Positions 59,959 to 64,000 of a stretch of DNA of 64,000 nt are shown one piece after another. The stretch spans positions 64,001-128,000 of the forward strand of contig CAWCNJ010000005.1 in NCBI GenBank assembly GCA_963796955.1, written 5' to 3'. The position numbers and the translations under genes were made by a program. The DNA comes from Endomicrobiales bacterium (lineage in GTDB: Bacteria; Elusimicrobiota; Endomicrobiia; Endomicrobiales; JALOBY01). The first letter of the stretch is position 1. Each line of letters opens with the position of its first letter. The notes beneath the pieces are model-generated. The model saw only the letters and a program-made list of their open reading frames with translations, did not search any database and was not told the DNA's origin.

Positions 59959-60834
59959 ATGCAAAAAGGATTAGGCAGAGGCCTTGCTTCACTTATACCA
60001 AACGAAGCCGTTAATACAAGGAATGCCGGTATCGCCAGCGAACACGTGACAATGCTGCCGATCGACAAGCTTAAGCCGAACCGCCACCAGCCGCGCCACC
60101 ACTTCGACAAAGAAAAACTCAACGAGCTTGCCCAGTCAATAAAAGAGCACGGCCTCCAGCAGCCGCTGCTGGTCACGCCGTCCCCGATACCCGGAGAATA
60201 TGAATTGATCGCCGGAGAACGCAGACTGCGCGCCTGTAAACAACTGGGCTTGACGGAAATACCGGTTATCGTCAGGAATGTTACCGATAAGCAGAGATTC
60301 CACATATCCATAATAGAAAATATCCAACGCCACGACCTTAACCCGATAGAAGAAGCCAAAGCCTACAAGAAGCTGCACGACGAGTTCGGCCATACGCAGG
60401 AAGACCTCGCGGGCATCCTTGGCAAAGACCGGTCCGTGGTAGCCAACACCATCCGTCTGCTGCAGTTGCCCGAGAATGTACAGGAATTCATTACCAGCGG
60501 CCAGCTTTCCGCCGGCCACGGGCGCATGCTCGCCGGCCTTACCGACGTAAACCAGCAGGCGGAGCTCGCTGCCCGCATCATCGCCGACAAACTGACCGTC
60601 AGGGACATAGAAAAACTGGTCTCTGAAACAAAGTCGGGAAAAGCAAAAACCGCAAAGAAAACACCGCCCAAAATTGATGCTGAACTGAAACAATTGTGTG
60701 ACGAACTGCAGACGCGGCTCGGCACAAAAGTAAAAGTTATGGGAAAACCCGCTAAAGGCCGCATAGAGATACATTATTTTTCCCTGAGCGAACTGGAACG
60801 CCTTATCTCCAACTTAAGGAAAATCGCGGCCTAA
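59959..60834 (+). CDS. parB: Chromosome partitioning protein ParB/Spo0J
   Basis: GLGRGL, PN..QPR..F, AGERRLRA, ENIQR.DLNPIEEA, HTH R..VAN..RLL. Confidence 0.97.
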   Translation: MQKGLGRGLASLIPNEAVNTRNAGIASEHVTMLPIDKLKPNRHQPRHHFDKEKLNELAQSIKEHGLQQPLLVTPSPIPGEYELIAGERRLRACKQLGLTEIPVIVRNVTDKQRFHISIIENIQRHDLNPIEEAKAYKKLHDEFGHTQEDLAGILGKDRSVVANTIRLLQLPENVQEFITSGQLSAGHGRMLAGLTDVNQQAELAARIIADKLTVRDIEKLVSETKSGKAKTAKKTPPKIDAELKQLCDELQTRLGTKVKVMGKPAKGRIEIHYFSLSELERLISNLRKIAA

Positions 60835-62605
60835 TGTTAAAAAAAGGCAACGTATCATTCCAAAATCCGGAAGGGATCACCGCGCTGGTGCTTTCTCTGG
60901 TGTTTTGCATGGTGCTCTTTATAGCGCCCTGGCCCCCGATGTGCGCCTTACCAGACCAAAACTGCTTGTGATGGAACTGGGCCTGTATACACTCCTCTTC
61001 GCGCTGGTCGCATCACAATTCTATTTCAATGCATTAAAATACCGCAAATCACCGGTACTGCTGCCTCTTGCCGTGTATGTCGCCGTGCAGCTGGCTTTCT
61101 ATGCGGCCTCACCGGATAAACCGGTCGCCCTCAACGAGCTTAAACGCTGCCTTTTATCGGCCAGCGGTTTTTTAGTCGCGGCGCATGTGCTGGCAACCGA
61201 ACGCTGGCGGGACTGGGCTTTAACGGCATTCATTGCCGGCGGCTTTTGCGCGGCTGTCTATGGTATATTACAGCATTCAGGCGGCATCGCCATGATCGCG
61301 GTGCCCCAAATGGGCCGCGTGATCTCCACCTTCGGCAACCCGATATTTTTTGCCGCCCACTTGATCATCGTCATACCGGTCGCCGTGGGAATGCTGTTGA
61401 CGGTACGGTCACAACTGTCCAAGACAGCGCTCGTGCTGGTGATAGCGGCATCGCTCGCCGCCCTGTATTATTCACAAACCCGGGCGGCCATTATCGCCTG
61501 CGCAACGGGTGCGGCCATACTTGCCTGGCTGCTGACGACCGCCGGCCCTAAAAGAACAAAAGCGCTCACGGTAACGCTGGCACTGTTCGCGGTCTTTGCC
61601 TGGTTCACCAAAGATATCTGGTTCCGTCAGCAGGCGCATTTTCTGATCTGGCGCGACACCCTGGTTATGTGGTCAAAATATCCGTGGTTCGGCACCGGGC
61701 CCGGCACTTTCCATGTCTATTTTCCGTCGTTCGCCTCCGGGGAACTGCGCGCCATCTGGCCGCAACAGCAGAGCATAATCAACGACGCGCATAACGAATA
61801 TATCCAAAGCCTCGCCGAGACCGGTATCATTGGTTTCGGCGTATTCATCTGGCTGCTGGTCTCCCTGCTGCGCTCGGCGTACAATGCACTGATCACGTCG
61901 ACCGGAAAAGATAAAGCGCTTATCGGCGCATTGCTTGCCGCCTGCGTCTCTTTGCTGGTGCAAAATGTATTTTCCGTCGATATGCGCTTTATAATATCGT
62001 CGGTGTACCTGTTCATTCTCTTCGGTTTCATAACGTCTTTTAAAGATCCGCTGGTCCCCGTACCTGTCCCCCCGAAGGCGGGCACACTGCTGGCGGCGGG
62101 AACGATCGCCCTTGCGGCTGCGGCGTATCCTGCCATCCTGCGCCCCTACATCGCCGAAAAACACGTCTCGTCGACACCCGATTTCTTCGACGAGCGCGTA
62201 CTTGAACCTGCCAGAACCATCGAAGACCTGCAAGCCCTGGCGCAAAAATATCCGGACCAGCCTGCCGTGCATGAGCGCCTCGCCTGGGTCTACGCGAAAG
62301 AACATAATTTCGATAAAGCGATAGAACACTATCTCGCCGCCAACCGCCTGAACCCCTCTCTCCCCGGGCCGCTGAACAATCTGGGGAATATTTATTTTCT
62401 GCAAAACGACCGCGCCAAAGCGATAGCCTACTGGGAACGTTCCATACAGGCGGACCCAAAACAGATAGACAGCCGGCTCAATCTCGCGACCGCCTATTAT
62501 TATAACGGCCAGCTGAAACCGTGCGTCGAACAACTGAAAGCGGTACTGAACATTGACCCGCGCAACGAGAAAGCGATAGTGTTTTTAAAACGCCTCACGG
62601 AGTGA
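60834..62605 (+). CDS. O-antigen ligase/Wzy_C-family membrane protein with C-terminal TPRs; apparent 1-nt frameshift near 60927-60929
   Basis: STFGNP.FFA, SQTRAA, IWRDT...P.FGTGPG.F, AHNEY...E.G..G, then TPRs. The ATG overlapping the parB stop (TAATG) is out of frame with the main ORF. Confidence 0.85.
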
Positions 62606-63861
62606 TACCAATGATCACCAAAAACCTTATTGAGTTGTTGTTCTCTGCAGCAAGCATGCAGCGTTGGAACGATCACCCAAAGCCCGTGGAGTTTACCGAG
62701 CTGGACAAACAGGCGCATAAGATGTTGATAGCCTACGTGCTTGCAAAACTGGAGGAGGACGCCGGCGGTAAGATAGACTGGAACGCCTTGATAGAAGGCT
62801 GCATATTCGAATTCATACACCGCCTGCGCCTAACCGACCTGCGGCCGGATGTTTTTCATCGCCTGATGGCCGAATGCGGGCGGGAACTGAACGAATGGGT
62901 CTTCGATAATTCCCAGGCGGAACTGGAATCTTTCGACACCTATTTCTTCAGCCGCTTTAAGAACCACTTTCGCCAGAACAACGAGGCCGTCAAGGAAAAA
63001 CGCATTCTGCACGCCGCCCATTACCTGGCCACCAAATGGGAATTTCGCATTATCTATAACATCGCCCCGTTCCTCTACGGCATAGACGCGACTAAAGCAA
63101 CGCTTGACCGCGAGATAGAAAAACACACCGACCTTGCCTGCGTTCAGAGAATACTGGCGGATCCAAAGCTCACGGGCTTTATCGATCTGTGCGGCCAGCT
63201 CAGGTTCCAGCAGCGGTGGGCCCAGTCGCCGCGCATTCCCAAAACCTCCGTGCTCGGGCACATGCTGCTGGTGGCCATGCTCGGCTACTTCTTTTCCGTC
63301 GAAGCAGGTGTTACTTCAAAAGCCCGGCTGCGCAACAACTTTTTATGCGGTCTCTTCCACGACTTGCCCGAGGTGCTGACCAAGGACATCATCAGCCCCA
63401 TAAAGGCTTCCGTGGGGGGCCTGGGCAAACTGATCAGCGATTACGAGTCCCGCTCCATCAATGAAAAGATCCTGCCGCTGCTGCCGCCGAACTGGCACAA
63501 CGAGATCCGCTGGTATGTTACCGACGAATTTTCCAACCGGCTGATCTTTGACAACAAGACCCGGGCCGTCAAAGGCGACCTGCCCAGGGATTTTGATAAA
63601 GACGCATTTAACGTGGTCGACGGCGAACTCATAGAAGCCTGCGACAAATACGCGGCCTTCATAGAAGCCTCTCTCTCCATACAATACGGCATCCGCACGC
63701 CCTACCTTACCGACGGCCTGCACAAGATCTACAAGGCTTTCGCCGGCAAAACGGTGCAGGGAATAGCATTTCAGCCGTTCTTCGATCATTTTTATCCGCC
63801 CAATACCACTTGGGAGGCGACCGAGCGACGTGTGCCGCCCGTCCCCGAAGGGGGGAAATAG
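62602..63861 (+). CDS. HD-domain protein (tandem YfbR-like/HD_3 halves)
   Basis: MQRWND...LDKQAH; RFQ.RW...SVLGH; LFHDLPE.LT.DI; ACDK.AAF.EA. Confidence 0.85.
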   Translation: MIPMITKNLIELLFSAASMQRWNDHPKPVEFTELDKQAHKMLIAYVLAKLEEDAGGKIDWNALIEGCIFEFIHRLRLTDLRPDVFHRLMAECGRELNEWVFDNSQAELESFDTYFFSRFKNHFRQNNEAVKEKRILHAAHYLATKWEFRIIYNIAPFLYGIDATKATLDREIEKHTDLACVQRILADPKLTGFIDLCGQLRFQQRWAQSPRIPKTSVLGHMLLVAMLGYFFSVEAGVTSKARLRNNFLCGLFHDLPEVLTKDIISPIKASVGGLGKLISDYESRSINEKILPLLPPNWHNEIRWYVTDEFSNRLIFDNKTRAVKGDLPRDFDKDAFNVVDGELIEACDKYAAFIEASLSIQYGIRTPYLTDGLHKIYKAFAGKTVQGIAFQPFFDHFYPPNTTWEATERRVPPVPEGGK

Positions 63862-63862
63862 T

Positions 63863-64000
63863 ATGCCAAGCCTATCCCAGTTCCTTATATTTATCGCGAT
63901 CGCGCTGGCGGTATTCTTCGGCATGAACTACTACGTTTTTGTTCGTCTGGTCAACGGCCTGTCGCTGGCCGAACCCGCCCGCGCGAACGTGCGCTACATA
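63863..64000 (+). CDS. Membrane protein N-terminus (partial; possibly a membrane-bound metallophosphoesterase)
   Basis: ATG 1 nt after the HD stop: MPSLSQFLIFIAIALAVFFGMNYYVFVRL..., open to the window end. Confidence 0.6.
   Translation, partial: MPSLSQFLIFIAIALAVFFGMNYYVFVRLVNGLSLAEPARANVRYI

Overview
A 64-kb bacterial chromosomal window from a diderm organism (TonB-dependent receptor, TolC, O-antigen ligase). The giant-protein architecture suggests Elusimicrobiota/Omnitrophota-like lineages, but this is inference and untested. parA, parB and two parS sites suggest the window lies near the replication origin. The left part is mostly on the minus strand: glutamine synthetase III behind an ANTAR-type double hairpin and terminator, a TonB-dependent receptor, an LpoB/COG3014/LPP20 lipoprotein cluster, a U32 protein, an AT-rich fused restriction-modification gene, tyrS with an extra DUF1488-like tail, a cheW-SBP-SBP-MCP operon, and rmuC (plus strand). 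The centre is a 19.5-kb gene for a ~6,490-aa signal-peptide protein built as a modular polyprotein. It has an EreA/ChaN/TIKI-like N-terminal domain and a series of enzyme cargoes (APH-type kinase, HAD, 2H phosphoesterase, GT2, Mpv17/PMP22 membrane domain, protein kinase, PPP-type phosphatase). These are separated by three copies of a ~250-aa HExxE...H spacer domain, two of which share a perfectly identical 106-bp in-frame DNA tract. The gene is preceded by a membrane leader ORF whose stop codon sits in the loop of an intrinsic terminator. This giant-protein locus is the best candidate for an undescribed system. The right part is on the plus strand: tRNA-Glu with downstream tandem repeats, serS, TPR-SpoIID, a TolC-MFP-two-RND operon, a two-component system with an atypical sigma-70 factor, DUF4416, a B12 radical SAM gene bracketed by parS sites, parAB, a frameshifted O-antigen ligase-TPR gene and an HD protein. 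No CRISPR array, rRNA, transposase or integrase was seen. All family assignments are by eye from motifs; no searches were run.
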